The notes under the pieces: model-generated
Database searches by the model: none
Told to the model about the DNA's origin: nothing
What the model saw: the letters and a program-made list of their open reading frames with translations, nothing else
Assembly: GCA_028286725.1 (NCBI GenBank)
Contig: JAQBQZ010000012.1
Coordinates: 5,562-69,561, forward strand
Direction: 5' to 3'
Length of the DNA stretch: 64,000 nucleotides
From: Candidatus Tayloriibacteriota bacterium
Lineage (GTDB): Bacteria > Patescibacteriota > Minisyncoccia > Phycocordibacterales > CAIRYW01
Shown here: positions 1 to 9,942 of the stretch, one piece after another
Layout: each line of letters opens with the position of its first letter
How positions within the stretch are numbered: the first letter of the stretch is position 1
Program-made: the position numbers and the translations under genes

Positions 1-290
1 CCTGCATCTGCTGAATAAAAGGCTTGCTGTGATTCTCTTCCTGCATTAGTGAGTGCCAACTGTTTGAGGGAAATATTCAGGATCGCAATTCCAATAGTAA
101 ACACAAGCGAACCGATGAGAGACGCAAAGAGGAGTGTAAACCCAGACACTAAATTCTTTTTAGATAAATTAGAACCTAACAAGATTTTAGTAAATAAAAA
201 TCGTATATCATTAAAAATAGATACTGCGAAATTTAGTGCTTGGGTAAATCCTTGAGATAATTTATTTTTTTTTGAATTCTTGTTTTTCAT
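1..290 (-). CDS. PilX-like minor pilin, N-terminal part (runs off the window edge)
   Basis: Manual translation from ATG at 290: MKNKNSKKNKLSQGFTQALNF...KNLVSGFTLLFASLIGSLVFTIGIAILNISLKQLALTNAGRESQQAFYSADAG. It has a prepilin GF motif, a hydrophobic helix and a PilX-type AFYxAxAG motif. Confidence 0.8.
   Translation of the reverse strand, partial: MKNKNSKKNKLSQGFTQALNFAVSIFNDIRFLFTKILLGSNLSKKNLVSGFTLLFASLIGSLVFTIGIAILNISLKQLALTNAGRESQQAFYSADA
138..248. mobile_element. MITE-like in-frame insertion in a prepilin leader
   Basis: Imperfect terminal inverted repeats acccagacactaaatt (140-155) and aatttagtgcttgggt (230-245); the GFT-encoding sequence recurs 108 nt apart. Confidence 0.55.
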
Positions 291-291
291 T

Positions 292-966
292 TTATTTTCT
301 TTCCCAATTTGTCATTATATCCGTCAGACTAAATGTCTTCTCCCCTCCCAAAGCATCCCTCGAAGGCCAAATTATATCAACCTTTATAACAGCTTCATCT
401 TGTCCGTAGTTTGTGTTTTGTGGAATTACACTGATCCTTCTTTTGAATTTTGTTTCAACAGCAAGAGGATCTCCAGAATCATAACCCCAGAAACCGCTAT
501 CTGAGTTATATCGAAGATGTGGACATCCTGTATTTATATCACATGCAACAATAGCTGCGGAATGATCAATATTAAAATCCTTAGTGGTATTAACATAGCA
601 CCCCTCGAAAGTAGGGTCGGCACCACTTGTAACACAAGGATCAAGGCCCATGAGCCAATATGATCTACTTCCAGGACCAATGAACACATCGCTCAGAAAC
701 AGCGAGTCTCTTGAGTTTTTAATATATTCAATACCTTCGACAGCAAGATAATAGGCAGTGATCTCATCTCTTGCATAATAAGATGAATTGAGCGCATTAG
801 ATGCGATTTGGAGGGGGCCCGTGATCGCTAACACCAAAAGTGTAATAGCGACCAATGTTTCAATGAGTGTGAATCCACGACTAAAGTCTCTCTTTTTTGA
901 AGGAGAATTCTTTCGTTGAATAAGCGAGTATATTATATTTTTCATTTTCGACTTTTGGTTTAACAT
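292..966 (-). CDS. Type IV minor pilin (PilV-like)
   Basis: RGFTLIETLVAITLL N-methylation motif. Confidence 0.85.
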   Translation of the reverse strand: MLNQKSKMKNIIYSLIQRKNSPSKKRDFSRGFTLIETLVAITLLVLAITGPLQIASNALNSSYYARDEITAYYLAVEGIEYIKNSRDSLFLSDVFIGPGSRSYWLMGLDPCVTSGADPTFEGCYVNTTKDFNIDHSAAIVACDINTGCPHLRYNSDSGFWGYDSGDPLAVETKFKRRISVIPQNTNYGQDEAVIKVDIIWPSRDALGGEKTFSLTDIMTNWERK

Positions 967-971
967 ATTAT

Positions 972-1559
972 TTAAATATCAATTCTTCTTTGAGATACCA
1001 TTGTTTGCAAATGAAACTCTGTCAGATCGCCAAATCCTTGATAATGCCCTTTTACAATAATAATGATTCTTGGCTGATCATAGTCTCCAGTATTGGTCTT
1101 TCCTGTACCTGTTAGATAAAAATTAAGGGCATCAATCTTTACCTCTCCACTCGTTAAAGACTGCACAGCACCACCATCGACAGATTTTGTTATAGCACCT
1201 TTGGTGTCATCCAAAACATATATGACTGGTTTGTTACCTGATTGAGTAGAAGTAAAACTGAGTGAAGTTCCTCCACCTGGACAATCTCCTCCACCCCCAC
1301 TAGCACCTGAACAATGATAATCATATCCTGTACGCATATCTCGCACCATTGCTTCGAGCGCAAAATTGAGATTCGAAAGTACCGAAGTGATCGCCTGTGA
1401 TTTTTTGTTTGCAGACACGATAGAAAGTACTGCGCCAATAGCAACTACCATCACAAGAGCAAAGATCGTAACTGCAACCATGATCTCGATCAATGTAAAT
1501 CCAGAATTAAGTTTCTGTTTTTTTGATTTGTCTTTTACTTTTTGATTTAGTATTTTCAT
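972..1559 (-). CDS. Type IV minor pilin (PilW-like)
   Basis: SGFTLIEIMVAV motif; start placed at MKILNQK. Confidence 0.85.
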   Translation of the reverse strand: MKILNQKVKDKSKKQKLNSGFTLIEIMVAVTIFALVMVVAIGAVLSIVSANKKSQAITSVLSNLNFALEAMVRDMRTGYDYHCSGASGGGGDCPGGGTSLSFTSTQSGNKPVIYVLDDTKGAITKSVDGGAVQSLTSGEVKIDALNFYLTGTGKTNTGDYDQPRIIIIVKGHYQGFGDLTEFHLQTMVSQRRIDI

Positions 1560-1576
1560 TTTTTGTCCCAAAAAGA

Positions 1577-2386
1577 TTAGAGTCCTGTCGCTATATCGGC
1601 ACACCCTCCGCTTGTGTCATTAGGATCTATTGGATCAACAGATATTTGGCCCGAAACTGACACGCTCACCGTACGACATTTGTCTCCGAGTCCTGACTGT
1701 ACAACAATCTTTGCTTCGCTATATGTTTTGATGCCGTCAGGTCCGCCAGTTTTGGTTCCCATCGTAATATGCGCATCCGGATTTGGTCTTACATAAACAA
1801 TATTCAACACATGCCCAGATGAGTCAGGGCCACAAACCCATCCTCCATCGGCTTTTGCACAATACTGTTTAATAGTCTGACCTTGAGTAAGCTGAATTAC
1901 CTTATCTACACTATCTACGCCGCCCGTCTGATTCTGATCGGACTGTGCAGTATAATAATAATCAAATATTTTTGAATCATCAGTAACAGGATCCAAAATT
2001 GGAGTCTCTGAAACATCAACAAAGTTTATGAATGAATTTGGATTTCCACCATCAGTTCCCGGCTCAAAATGTACGCCATAACCTGACTTATACGGAATAG
2101 TACTACTCGCTTTTGAACTTAACCCAGAAACTGCAGCATCTCTAACAGAAAGAGCGACCTCGTATGCCACATCAGTGATGAGCACGTCACTTGAAAATTT
2201 GCTTTGACGAAACAAAACAGCCGAAGTCACAATGAGCATGATTGAAACCGTAATGATAAGTTCAATCAAAGAAAAACCTCGAGAATGACAAGTAAACAAG
2301 TCAAATTTTGGCTTGTTGCATTTATTTTCAATTTTCACTCTCTCGAGTATCAACTTCTGTTGTGTTTTTTTATTTTTGATTTGCAT
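1577..2386 (-). CDS. Type IV minor pilin (FimT/FimU-like)
   Basis: RGFSLIELIITVSI motif; C-terminal beta motif VSVSVSGQI. Confidence 0.8.
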   Translation of the reverse strand: MQIKNKKTQQKLILERVKIENKCNKPKFDLFTCHSRGFSLIELIITVSIMLIVTSAVLFRQSKFSSDVLITDVAYEVALSVRDAAVSGLSSKASSTIPYKSGYGVHFEPGTDGGNPNSFINFVDVSETPILDPVTDDSKIFDYYYTAQSDQNQTGGVDSVDKVIQLTQGQTIKQYCAKADGGWVCGPDSSGHVLNIVYVRPNPDAHITMGTKTGGPDGIKTYSEAKIVVQSGLGDKCRTVSVSVSGQISVDPIDPNDTSGGCADIATGL

Positions 2387-2391
2387 TTTTT

Positions 2392-3210
2392 TTACATTCC
2401 AAACAAAAATACATTAATACTCAAAAGATCTGGTGAGTAATAATAAGCAAGCAAAGTACCGAGTACAAGAAACGGAGCAAACGGCATTTCACTTTTCATT
2501 TTCAAAAGCGGAATATTAAGCTTCACAATCTTCTGGAGACCAATCATTACTAGAGACACTGCTGCTGCAATCCAAAATCCAAGAATGATTGCAGATGCGC
2601 CTTTCGCAAGACCAAGGAGTAGTCCAATTCCCAAAGCAAGCTTTCCATCTCCAAGTCCCATCCATTCTCCATTTGACCATCTCCAGAGTGCATAAAATGG
2701 TAAGAAAAGTATGGGCCCAGCAAGCAGATTCAATAACCCTCCGAGAGTTTTGAAGTAAAATATATTATGCGTTGCCAAAAGCCAGACAAAAGAAAGTGAT
2801 GCGAACCACAAGGCAAGCTTGTCTGGCACAATCTTGTGCCTGATATCGTAGACCGAGATAACAATAAGGATTGAAAAAATGGCGAAGTAAAATACCATCG
2901 AAAGTGCGGAAACAAATGGAAATCCCGCGAGAGTTTTGAAGTACACAATTACAAATACAATACCTGTAATTATTTCTACAAGCGGATATTGCCAAGACAA
3001 TGGAGTCTTGCAAGATTTGCATTTACCGCGTTGAAACAAGAAGCTAAAAACTGGAATAAGTTCAAGTGCATTCAAAACCTTTCCACATGAAAAACAAAAT
3101 GATCTACCGCCCACTGTTCTTCCTGTTTTAAAACGAAGAATAACAACATTAAGAAAACTTCCAATAATCACTCCAAATATAAATACAAAAATAGCTATTG
3201 TTGAAATCAT
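2392..3210 (-). CDS. pilD: Prepilin peptidase
   Basis: GSFLNVVILR, two CxxC pairs, YD..HK and MGLGDGKL aspartate motifs, PFAPFL. Confidence 0.95.
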   Translation of the reverse strand: MISTIAIFVFIFGVIIGSFLNVVILRFKTGRTVGGRSFCFSCGKVLNALELIPVFSFLFQRGKCKSCKTPLSWQYPLVEIITGIVFVIVYFKTLAGFPFVSALSMVFYFAIFSILIVISVYDIRHKIVPDKLALWFASLSFVWLLATHNIFYFKTLGGLLNLLAGPILFLPFYALWRWSNGEWMGLGDGKLALGIGLLLGLAKGASAIILGFWIAAAVSLVMIGLQKIVKLNIPLLKMKSEMPFAPFLVLGTLLAYYYSPDLLSINVFLFGM

Positions 3211-3268
3211 ATGATAATTATATAGTGAAAAGTTGAAAGTTGAAAGGCTCTAAAGTGGATGAAAAAAT

Positions 3269-3301
3269 AAAATACGCGGTGCTAGAGGCACCGCGTATTT
3301 T
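3269..3301. terminator. Intrinsic terminator hairpin
   Basis: aaaatacgcggtgc-tagag-gcaccgcgtatttt perfect inverted repeat. Confidence 0.75.
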
Positions 3302-3332
3302 TCTATAGACTAATGACCATCAACCAGTACAT

Positions 3333-3752
3333 CTACGGTCCCTTTATCTGATAGTTCGCACTTGTACCAGTATCAAGACAGCTCACCTCATTATGCATTG
3401 CATCAGTTTCCATGGTGGCCCCAAAGCAATACCCTTTTGGACTTGTGATCAACTTATAAAAATAATCAGTATGAGATTGTGGGTCCTGTGGGGCAGCATT
3501 ATTTGTAAAGTATTGATTTAGATCAGCGAGAGCGGGAGGAAACTGTCCATTATGCTCACTAAAATACACCTGTGCCGCTTGATCAAGAGATTTTAAATCC
3601 CCTGCGCGTACCGTATCTCTACTTTTTAGCCTACTATCACTTAATCCAGCAAATGAAAGGCTTGCTAATATACCAATGATTGCGATCACGACCATAAGCT
3701 CGATCAGCGTGAACCCAGACCTTCTATTATTAATTTCTTTTTTATATATCAT
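3333..3752 (-). CDS. Type IV pilin / GspG-like pseudopilin
   Basis: SGFTLIELMVVIAIIGILAS, RD..R..DL and PQDP motifs. Confidence 0.9.
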   Translation of the reverse strand: MIYKKEINNRRSGFTLIELMVVIAIIGILASLSFAGLSDSRLKSRDTVRAGDLKSLDQAAQVYFSEHNGQFPPALADLNQYFTNNAAPQDPQSHTDYFYKLITSPKGYCFGATMETDAMHNEVSCLDTGTSANYQIKGP

Positions 3753-3794
3753 TTTTTTAAAAATAACTGACTCAAAATTAAGATGCAACAATAC

Positions 3795-4211
3795 CTATTC
3801 CACAGAAGTAGTGACGCAACCAGATGAATCAGTACAAGTGACAGAATTACCCGCATCGTCACTTGCAGAAAAAGAAAATGTGTTTGAAGATGGATCAGAG
3901 ATGGGATTACTATAAGTCCAACCTGGCGCAATAACTGGCCACGAAGGAGTTGAAACGCCGCATATATCCCCACCCCCTTCAGTCAATGAGGCCATATTCT
4001 GAAGAGCATCTTTAGAATCCATACAAGCAACAGCAATAGGGAGAATACTGCTCATAGTCGTCTGTGCAGAAGCGATTTTTGATTTTGCTCGAGAACTAAG
4101 AAGTGCCGCAGTGACAACTGCTGCAAGAATACCGATGATAGCAATTACTACCAAAAGTTCGAGCAATGTAAATCCTGACGCTAAGTTTTGTCTTTTTTTC
4201 TTAATTTTCAT
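3795..4211 (-). CDS. Type IV pilin
   Basis: SGFTLLELLVVIAIIGILAA; four Cys. Confidence 0.9.
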   Translation of the reverse strand: MKIKKKRQNLASGFTLLELLVVIAIIGILAAVVTAALLSSRAKSKIASAQTTMSSILPIAVACMDSKDALQNMASLTEGGGDICGVSTPSWPVIAPGWTYSNPISDPSSNTFSFSASDDAGNSVTCTDSSGCVTTSVE

Positions 4212-4241
4212 TATTAATATTATATCATTAAAAAAATAAAT

Positions 4242-4277
4242 ATTAAAAATCCACAGCTTTCGCTGTGGATTTTTAAT
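4242..4277 (-). terminator. Intrinsic terminator after the probable major pilin
   Basis: attaaaaatccacagc-tttc-gctgtggatttttaat. Confidence 0.75.
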
Positions 4278-4299
4278 CTTAAATTGATCTTAAGAAAAC

Positions 4300-4698
4300 T
4301 TAACAGTTAGCACCACTGAGACCACCGTCTGTAAGGTTAACAGTACAAGCTGCTCCAGCTGCTGTTACAGCTCCGTTAGTAGCAGTTACAGCAACACTGA
4401 ATGAACCGTCTCCTGTTGGTCCACACTTGTTACCTGTAGATCCTCCAGCTGCAATAGTACCTACTGAGTAGTGACCAGTTACACCCGCGAGAGCAGCAGG
4501 ATTAGATGTTGACAATGCAGCAGTATCACATGCAGTTACAAGAGCAGGAAGCATACTTGAAGCTTCTGAATTGAATGCAGCAACTTTTGCTTTTGCACGA
4601 GCACTGTTAAGAGAAACCAAAACTACTGATGAGAGAATACCGATGATTGCGATAACAACCAAGAGCTCAATCAATGTAAAACCTTTATTTTTTTTCAT
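4300..4698 (-). CDS. pilA: Probable major type IV pilin
   Basis: Short leader MKKNKG|FTLIELLVVIAIIGILSSVV; own upstream intergenic region and terminator; Ala/Gly/Thr-rich. Confidence 0.8.
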   Translation of the reverse strand: MKKNKGFTLIELLVVIAIIGILSSVVLVSLNSARAKAKVAAFNSEASSMLPALVTACDTAALSTSNPAALAGVTGHYSVGTIAAGGSTGNKCGPTGDGSFSVAVTATNGAVTAAGAACTVNLTDGGLSGANC

Positions 4699-4975
4699 AA
4701 CGAAAAATTTTTATAAAATTAACGAACTATTAATAATCAATTGATTATGCCTTTTTAACGAAAAAGACGAACGACATTCGACCGTAACATAATTATATCT
4801 TGTTTGAAGAAAATAAAAAGAAAAAAACAATTAAGTTGGGGAAAACATTTAGGTAGAATAAAGAATTCGGAATTAAGTATTATGTATAAAAAATAAATTC
4901 ATTAAAAAACTTTCTTGCCCTGAAGCAAGAAAGTTTTTTATTATTAATTCGTAATTCCAAATACTTAATTATGTC

Positions 4976-6181
4976 TTAAATTGATGCCGAAATATTGTAG
5001 ATCGGAATAAGTACTGATGCGAGAAGGAATGCAACACCGAGTCCGAGCAGAACAATCATCACAGGTTCGATAAGATCAACAAGAGTATCTACTGCATTCA
5101 CCACTTCTCTCTGGTAGAATTTTGCAAGAGTATCCAAAATACTTCCGAGCTCTCCTGTCTCTTCTCCGATCTTTGCCATTTGAACAACAATACTTGGAAT
5201 CTCTGAATTACCTGAAAGCGCTTCTGACAAAGGTCTTCCACCTTTGACCAAGTCCATCGCTTTTTTGAGTACCTCTTGATATACCTTGCTATCAACAACA
5301 TCAGATGTTAGTTCCAAAGCTTTAATCATTGGGATTCCAGAAACAAGAAGCGTGTTCATGTTGTCAGCAATACGAGAAAGGTAAAGTTTTTTATAGAGTG
5401 TACCTACATATGGTACAGAAAGCTTTGCGCTGTCCATCATCAAAGCCCCTTTCTCTCCGAGACTGCTTCGATAAATAAAAAATCCAAGAATGACTATAGC
5501 GATCAAAAAAAGAATTCCGTAGTTAACCAAAAAATTACTGAATCCAATCACAATACGAGTATATATAGGTATCTGCTGACCTGATTCAGTGATGATAGCA
5601 GAGATCTTTGGGATAACGAGAGTAAGCATCAAAACCATCACAGAGATGAATGTAAATACAACGAAGGCAGGATAGATGAGCGCATTCTTTGCCTTACTTG
5701 ATACCGCATAGTTACGATCCAAATAATCTGCCAAATACATAAATGTCTGATCGAGCTTTCCAGATTCTTCACCGGCCTTCACCATGTTTACATAGAATGT
5801 TGAAAATACTTTTGGATGTTTTGAAAGCGCCTTAGAGATACTCGCACCCGCCTGAATATCATCAGCGACTTCAGAGATCTTTTCACCCAAGACCTTATTT
5901 TCTGTTTCACCTCCCAAAAGTCTGAAAACTCGAAGTGCAGATACCTGTGCAGCAAAGAGTGTTGCGATCTGACGAGAAAGAATCACCACATCTTTGTTTG
6001 ATACTCGTTCAAGCCATTTGATCTTCATACTTAGACCTTTTTTTTCTTCCACAGAATTGATCTGAGTAATCACGAGTCCTCTTCTTTGAATCGAACTTAT
6101 TGCGACATCATTATTAAGCGCCTCAACTGAGCCACTTTGTTCTTGTCCTTGTGCATCTAATGCTTTGTAATTAAAGAGCAT
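4976..6181 (-). CDS. pilC: Type IV pilus platform protein PilC/GspF
   Basis: Two GspF domains (GEESGKLD, GEETGEL, IEP motifs). Confidence 0.95.
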   Translation of the reverse strand: MLFNYKALDAQGQEQSGSVEALNNDVAISSIQRRGLVITQINSVEEKKGLSMKIKWLERVSNKDVVILSRQIATLFAAQVSALRVFRLLGGETENKVLGEKISEVADDIQAGASISKALSKHPKVFSTFYVNMVKAGEESGKLDQTFMYLADYLDRNYAVSSKAKNALIYPAFVVFTFISVMVLMLTLVIPKISAIITESGQQIPIYTRIVIGFSNFLVNYGILFLIAIVILGFFIYRSSLGEKGALMMDSAKLSVPYVGTLYKKLYLSRIADNMNTLLVSGIPMIKALELTSDVVDSKVYQEVLKKAMDLVKGGRPLSEALSGNSEIPSIVVQMAKIGEETGELGSILDTLAKFYQREVVNAVDTLVDLIEPVMIVLLGLGVAFLLASVLIPIYNISASI

Positions 6182-6188
6182 ATATTTT

Positions 6189-7250
6189 TTATATCATTCT
6201 TTCGAGCATCTTTGGATTAAATGCATACTTGTATGCGCTCTCGATTGTGATCTCGCCTCTTCGTACCAAATCTGCAAGGCATCTATTCATATCGATCATT
6301 CCTAATTCTGAACTTGTTTCAATCACTGTGTTTATTTCGTGCACTCTTTTTTCTCGAATGAGGTTTGATACCGCACTGTTTACGATCAAGAGCTCGTATG
6401 CGGGAATAAGTCCCCCAGAAATTCGAGGAATAAGTCTCTGAGAAAATACACCAATAAGAGACGACGCGAGCTGAACTCGGATCTGATCTTGCTGTGTCGA
6501 TGGAAATGAATCAATAATACGATCGATAGTCTGAGCCGCATTGTTTGTGTGAAGTGTTGAAAACACCAAGTGTCCTGTTTCAGCCGCTGTTACTGCCGCA
6601 GCCATAGTTTCCGCATTACGCATCTCGCCCACAAGAAGTACATTCACATCTTGTCGGAGAGCTTCAGTAAGCGCGATACCGAAATCCTTTGTATCAATAT
6701 GCACCTCTCTTTGATCAATGATAGATTTTTTTTGGTCGTAGAGGTATTCTACAGGATCTTCGATCGTCACAATATGTTCTGCCCTTTCTTCATTGATGAG
6801 TTCAATCATTGATGCAAGAGTCGTTGTCTTTCCCTGTCCTACAGGACCCACCACGAGAAAGAAACCTTGCTTTCGTCTTGCAAAATCAGCAAGTGTTGGA
6901 GGCAGCTTAAGCTCTTCAACTGTTTTGATCTGTTTTGGAATAAGTCGAAGCGCGATAGAGATATGTCCTTGCTGAAAATAGGCATTGCCTCGAAATCTTC
7001 CTCTGTCATTAAAATCGTAAGAAAAATCAACTTCTTTAGTATTATCAAAAATAGCTTTCATCTCTGCTGTCACCATGAGATTCAAAAGCTCTGTCGTATC
7101 CTCTTTTTTAAGAACATTTTTTCGAGCAAGAGGAACAAGAGCTCCTGCAACACGAATTGTTGGCTGCCTTCCTTCTGATAAATGAAGATCCGATGCGCCT
7201 TCGCGCACTACGATATCGAGCAGATCATTTAACTCTTGTTTGTAATCCAT
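6189..7250 (-). CDS. pilT: Pilus retraction ATPase PilT
   Basis: ASDLHL, Walker A GPVGQGKTT, TIEDPVE, AAETGHLVFSTLHT, NLIRE. Confidence 0.95.
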   Translation of the reverse strand: MDYKQELNDLLDIVVREGASDLHLSEGRQPTIRVAGALVPLARKNVLKKEDTTELLNLMVTAEMKAIFDNTKEVDFSYDFNDRGRFRGNAYFQQGHISIALRLIPKQIKTVEELKLPPTLADFARRKQGFFLVVGPVGQGKTTTLASMIELINEERAEHIVTIEDPVEYLYDQKKSIIDQREVHIDTKDFGIALTEALRQDVNVLLVGEMRNAETMAAAVTAAETGHLVFSTLHTNNAAQTIDRIIDSFPSTQQDQIRVQLASSLIGVFSQRLIPRISGGLIPAYELLIVNSAVSNLIREKRVHEINTVIETSSELGMIDMNRCLADLVRRGEITIESAYKYAFNPKMLERMI

Positions 7251-7281
7251 TTATTTTTTATGAATCTATAAATAATATTAA

Positions 7282-7713
7282 TTATTTTCCGTTCTCTTTT
7301 GCAATATCTGTAATCTGCCGAAGTACTTCTGAAGGAATAGTCGTTGCCTTAACAATGTATCCATTGATGCCGAACGCCTTTGCACGATCAATGTCTGATG
7401 GCTGACCCTGGTTTGAAAGTATAATGACCACAGACCCTTCCGCGAGATTTTCTTCCCTGATCTTTGCAAGAAGTTCGATACCATCCATTTCTGGCATAAT
7501 AACGTCAAGCAAAACGATATCAGGCTTCAAACCTGTTCGAAGTTTTTCTAGAGCCTCAGTTGGCCGAGACACAGAGATCACATCCATTCCCTCTTTTGTA
7601 AACTTCATTGTGTACATACTCAATATAAACTTGTCGTCATCCACGATCATTATATTGAATTTCTTTTTTGCTTCTGCAGGAGCAGTGTTTGTTGTAGTTG
7701 TGTTTTCTTCCAT
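7282..7713 (-). CDS. Single-domain response regulator (CheY-like)
   Basis: VDDD, LLDVIMPEMDG and YIVKA receiver motifs. Confidence 0.9.
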   Translation of the reverse strand: MEENTTTTNTAPAEAKKKFNIMIVDDDKFILSMYTMKFTKEGMDVISVSRPTEALEKLRTGLKPDIVLLDVIMPEMDGIELLAKIREENLAEGSVVIILSNQGQPSDIDRAKAFGINGYIVKATTIPSEVLRQITDIAKENGK

Positions 7714-7744
7714 ACAAATATTATATCATAAAACTTTGCTAAAA

Positions 7745-9475
7745 TTATACCAAGTTGTTGATTTCTTCTATCGGGATTTCCTTTTTGAGCATTTTGATTA
7801 TGGCATCTTCTCGCATTGTGAGCATTCCTTTATTTCGTACCACTTTCCATATCTCAGGAGCTGATGGATTAGTTAGAATTACTTTTTCTAATTCTTTATC
7901 CATCTTGTACATTTCAAACACAGCCACTCGTCCTTTTGTACCTTTTGGACATTCAGGTGTCGGTGCGTTCTCTAACACTTCTGTAACTATAGGTATTTCT
8001 TTTTTGTATTCTTCCGGAAGGTCAGCAAACTGCTTATCCATCATAGCCTGCACACTTCCCTCTACTGCCATTGGCTTTCCTGAACCAGGACAGATCTTTG
8101 ACACAAGTCGCTGAGCCATCGAAAGAATAAGTGTTGGAGCAATAAGAAAAGGATCCACACCCATATCTATGAGTCGCGGAACAACTCCAATAGAGTCGTT
8201 GGTGTGAATAGTTGAAAGCACAAGGTGGCCTGTAAGCGCCGCTTGAATCGCGAGCTGGGCAGTTTCTTTATCTCGAATTTCTCCCACCATAATAATATCA
8301 GGGTCTTGTCGAAGCGTGGTTCGAAGTCCCGTTGCAAATGTGTATCCGATCTCAGGCCGCACCTGTGACTGACTCACTCCATCAATATTATACTCAACTG
8401 GATCTTCAAGTGAGAGCACGTTGTGACTTTCCTTATCAACTTCTTCGAGCATTGAATAGAGCGTTGTACTTTTACCAGATCCTGTTGGACCTGAAATGAG
8501 GATCAGTCCATAAGGCCTCTTGATCGCCTCTCGGATCATTGCAAGATTTCTCTCTGACATTTCAAGCTGGCCAAGCCCCTTTACACCTTTGGCCTGGTCC
8601 AAAATTCGCATCACGACTTTTTCACCATAATACACAGGAAAAGTAGATACTCGAAAATCGATCTTCCGTCCATCAATTCGAGCAGAAAATCGTCCGTCCT
8701 GAGGCTTTCGTTTTTCATCGAGCTTCATATTTGAGAGAATCTTGATTCGAGCAACTACCGCATTTAACACTTTGATTGGAAGAATAAGCGACGTGTGAAG
8801 AGTACCATCGAGTCGAAATCTGACACGAACTTTGTCGCTCACAGGTTCGATGTGTACGTCAGATGCATTACCTTCAATCGCGTATCGAAGAATTGTTGCC
8901 ACAATCTTTGTTACCGGAGCATCTTCAATAATATTTGTCTGATTTATTTTTTCGCCGAGATTTTCATCTTCTGATTCGGATTGTGCAATCTCCTTTTCTT
9001 CATCCGTAAGATCTGTTTCGAGCTCAGTCAAAGCCTTAGTCACTTCTCCAGAAAGTCCTTTGTAACACTCCATTGCCTTCTTGTAATCTTCTTCAGAAAT
9101 GAGAAAGATCTTGTATGGAATATTATTTTTTGAAGAAATGAAGTTCAGTGCATCGCGCGCCTCAAAATTTTCTGGATCTATCACTCCAACCTCAAGAACT
9201 CCATCTGCCACATCAATCGGTATCATTTTATAAAACGATGCGGACTCTTCGGGAAGATATTTTAATATTTCAAACGGAATCGCGGGCTTTGGAATCTTTT
9301 TGACCGGCACACCCAAGAACTCAGCCTTCGCATCAAGAATAGTATATGCATCAATCCCCTTTAGGGCGAGTAGCGACTCAGCACTTGATTCGCCATTTAA
9401 AAGTTCTGCACGAACATTCTTAGCGATTTCTGGACTTACAATTCCTTTTTGTAATAAGACATCTATAACATTCAT
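7745..9475 (-). CDS. pilB: Pilus assembly ATPase PilB/GspE
   Basis: ASDVHIEP, GPTGSGKSTT, LRQDPDIIMVGEIRD. Confidence 0.95.
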   Translation of the reverse strand: MNVIDVLLQKGIVSPEIAKNVRAELLNGESSAESLLALKGIDAYTILDAKAEFLGVPVKKIPKPAIPFEILKYLPEESASFYKMIPIDVADGVLEVGVIDPENFEARDALNFISSKNNIPYKIFLISEEDYKKAMECYKGLSGEVTKALTELETDLTDEEKEIAQSESEDENLGEKINQTNIIEDAPVTKIVATILRYAIEGNASDVHIEPVSDKVRVRFRLDGTLHTSLILPIKVLNAVVARIKILSNMKLDEKRKPQDGRFSARIDGRKIDFRVSTFPVYYGEKVVMRILDQAKGVKGLGQLEMSERNLAMIREAIKRPYGLILISGPTGSGKSTTLYSMLEEVDKESHNVLSLEDPVEYNIDGVSQSQVRPEIGYTFATGLRTTLRQDPDIIMVGEIRDKETAQLAIQAALTGHLVLSTIHTNDSIGVVPRLIDMGVDPFLIAPTLILSMAQRLVSKICPGSGKPMAVEGSVQAMMDKQFADLPEEYKKEIPIVTEVLENAPTPECPKGTKGRVAVFEMYKMDKELEKVILTNPSAPEIWKVVRNKGMLTMREDAIIKMLKKEIPIEEINNLV

Positions 9476-9480
9476 ACTAT

Positions 9481-9939
9481 TTATTTTTTAGCTGCAGGCT
9501 TTGCAGTTGTAGGAGGAACCACTGTTGTCTTTTTTGGTGTGATCTTTTGGAGAGCTGGTGTAGGAGTTCCTTGAGGTGTTGTTGTAGCCGTCTCATCAAC
9601 GAAACCAAGACCCTCAACGTTAGAGACAACATCGCTTGTGATGGTTCCATCAAATGGATTACTTTTACCAACACTTTCTGGCACAATAGCCTGACTTCGA
9701 TCAACAAGCGCACGAAATACCGGATCAAGAAAGAGCTTTTCATCCAAAGTCACATTCTGAATCTTCAAAAGAAGCGGCAAGAGATCTTCTTCCGGACTTG
9801 TCGGATTAGCAACATTTGAAGTCTTTAGCAATGCAGTTGAAGTGTCTTGTTTTACAAAAGTATTGTACACAATGAAACCGCCGATTATTACGGCAACAAT
9901 GATCATTGGCTTTTTTAGTTTTTCAAATAGTTCTTGCAT
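9481..9939 (-). CDS. Membrane-anchored pilus-cluster protein (PilP position)
   Basis: N-terminal TM helix, GKSNPF motif, located between pilO and pilB. Confidence 0.6.
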   Translation of the reverse strand: MQELFEKLKKPMIIVAVIIGGFIVYNTFVKQDTSTALLKTSNVANPTSPEEDLLPLLLKIQNVTLDEKLFLDPVFRALVDRSQAIVPESVGKSNPFDGTITSDVVSNVEGLGFVDETATTTPQGTPTPALQKITPKKTTVVPPTTAKPAAKK

Positions 9940-9942
9940 ATA

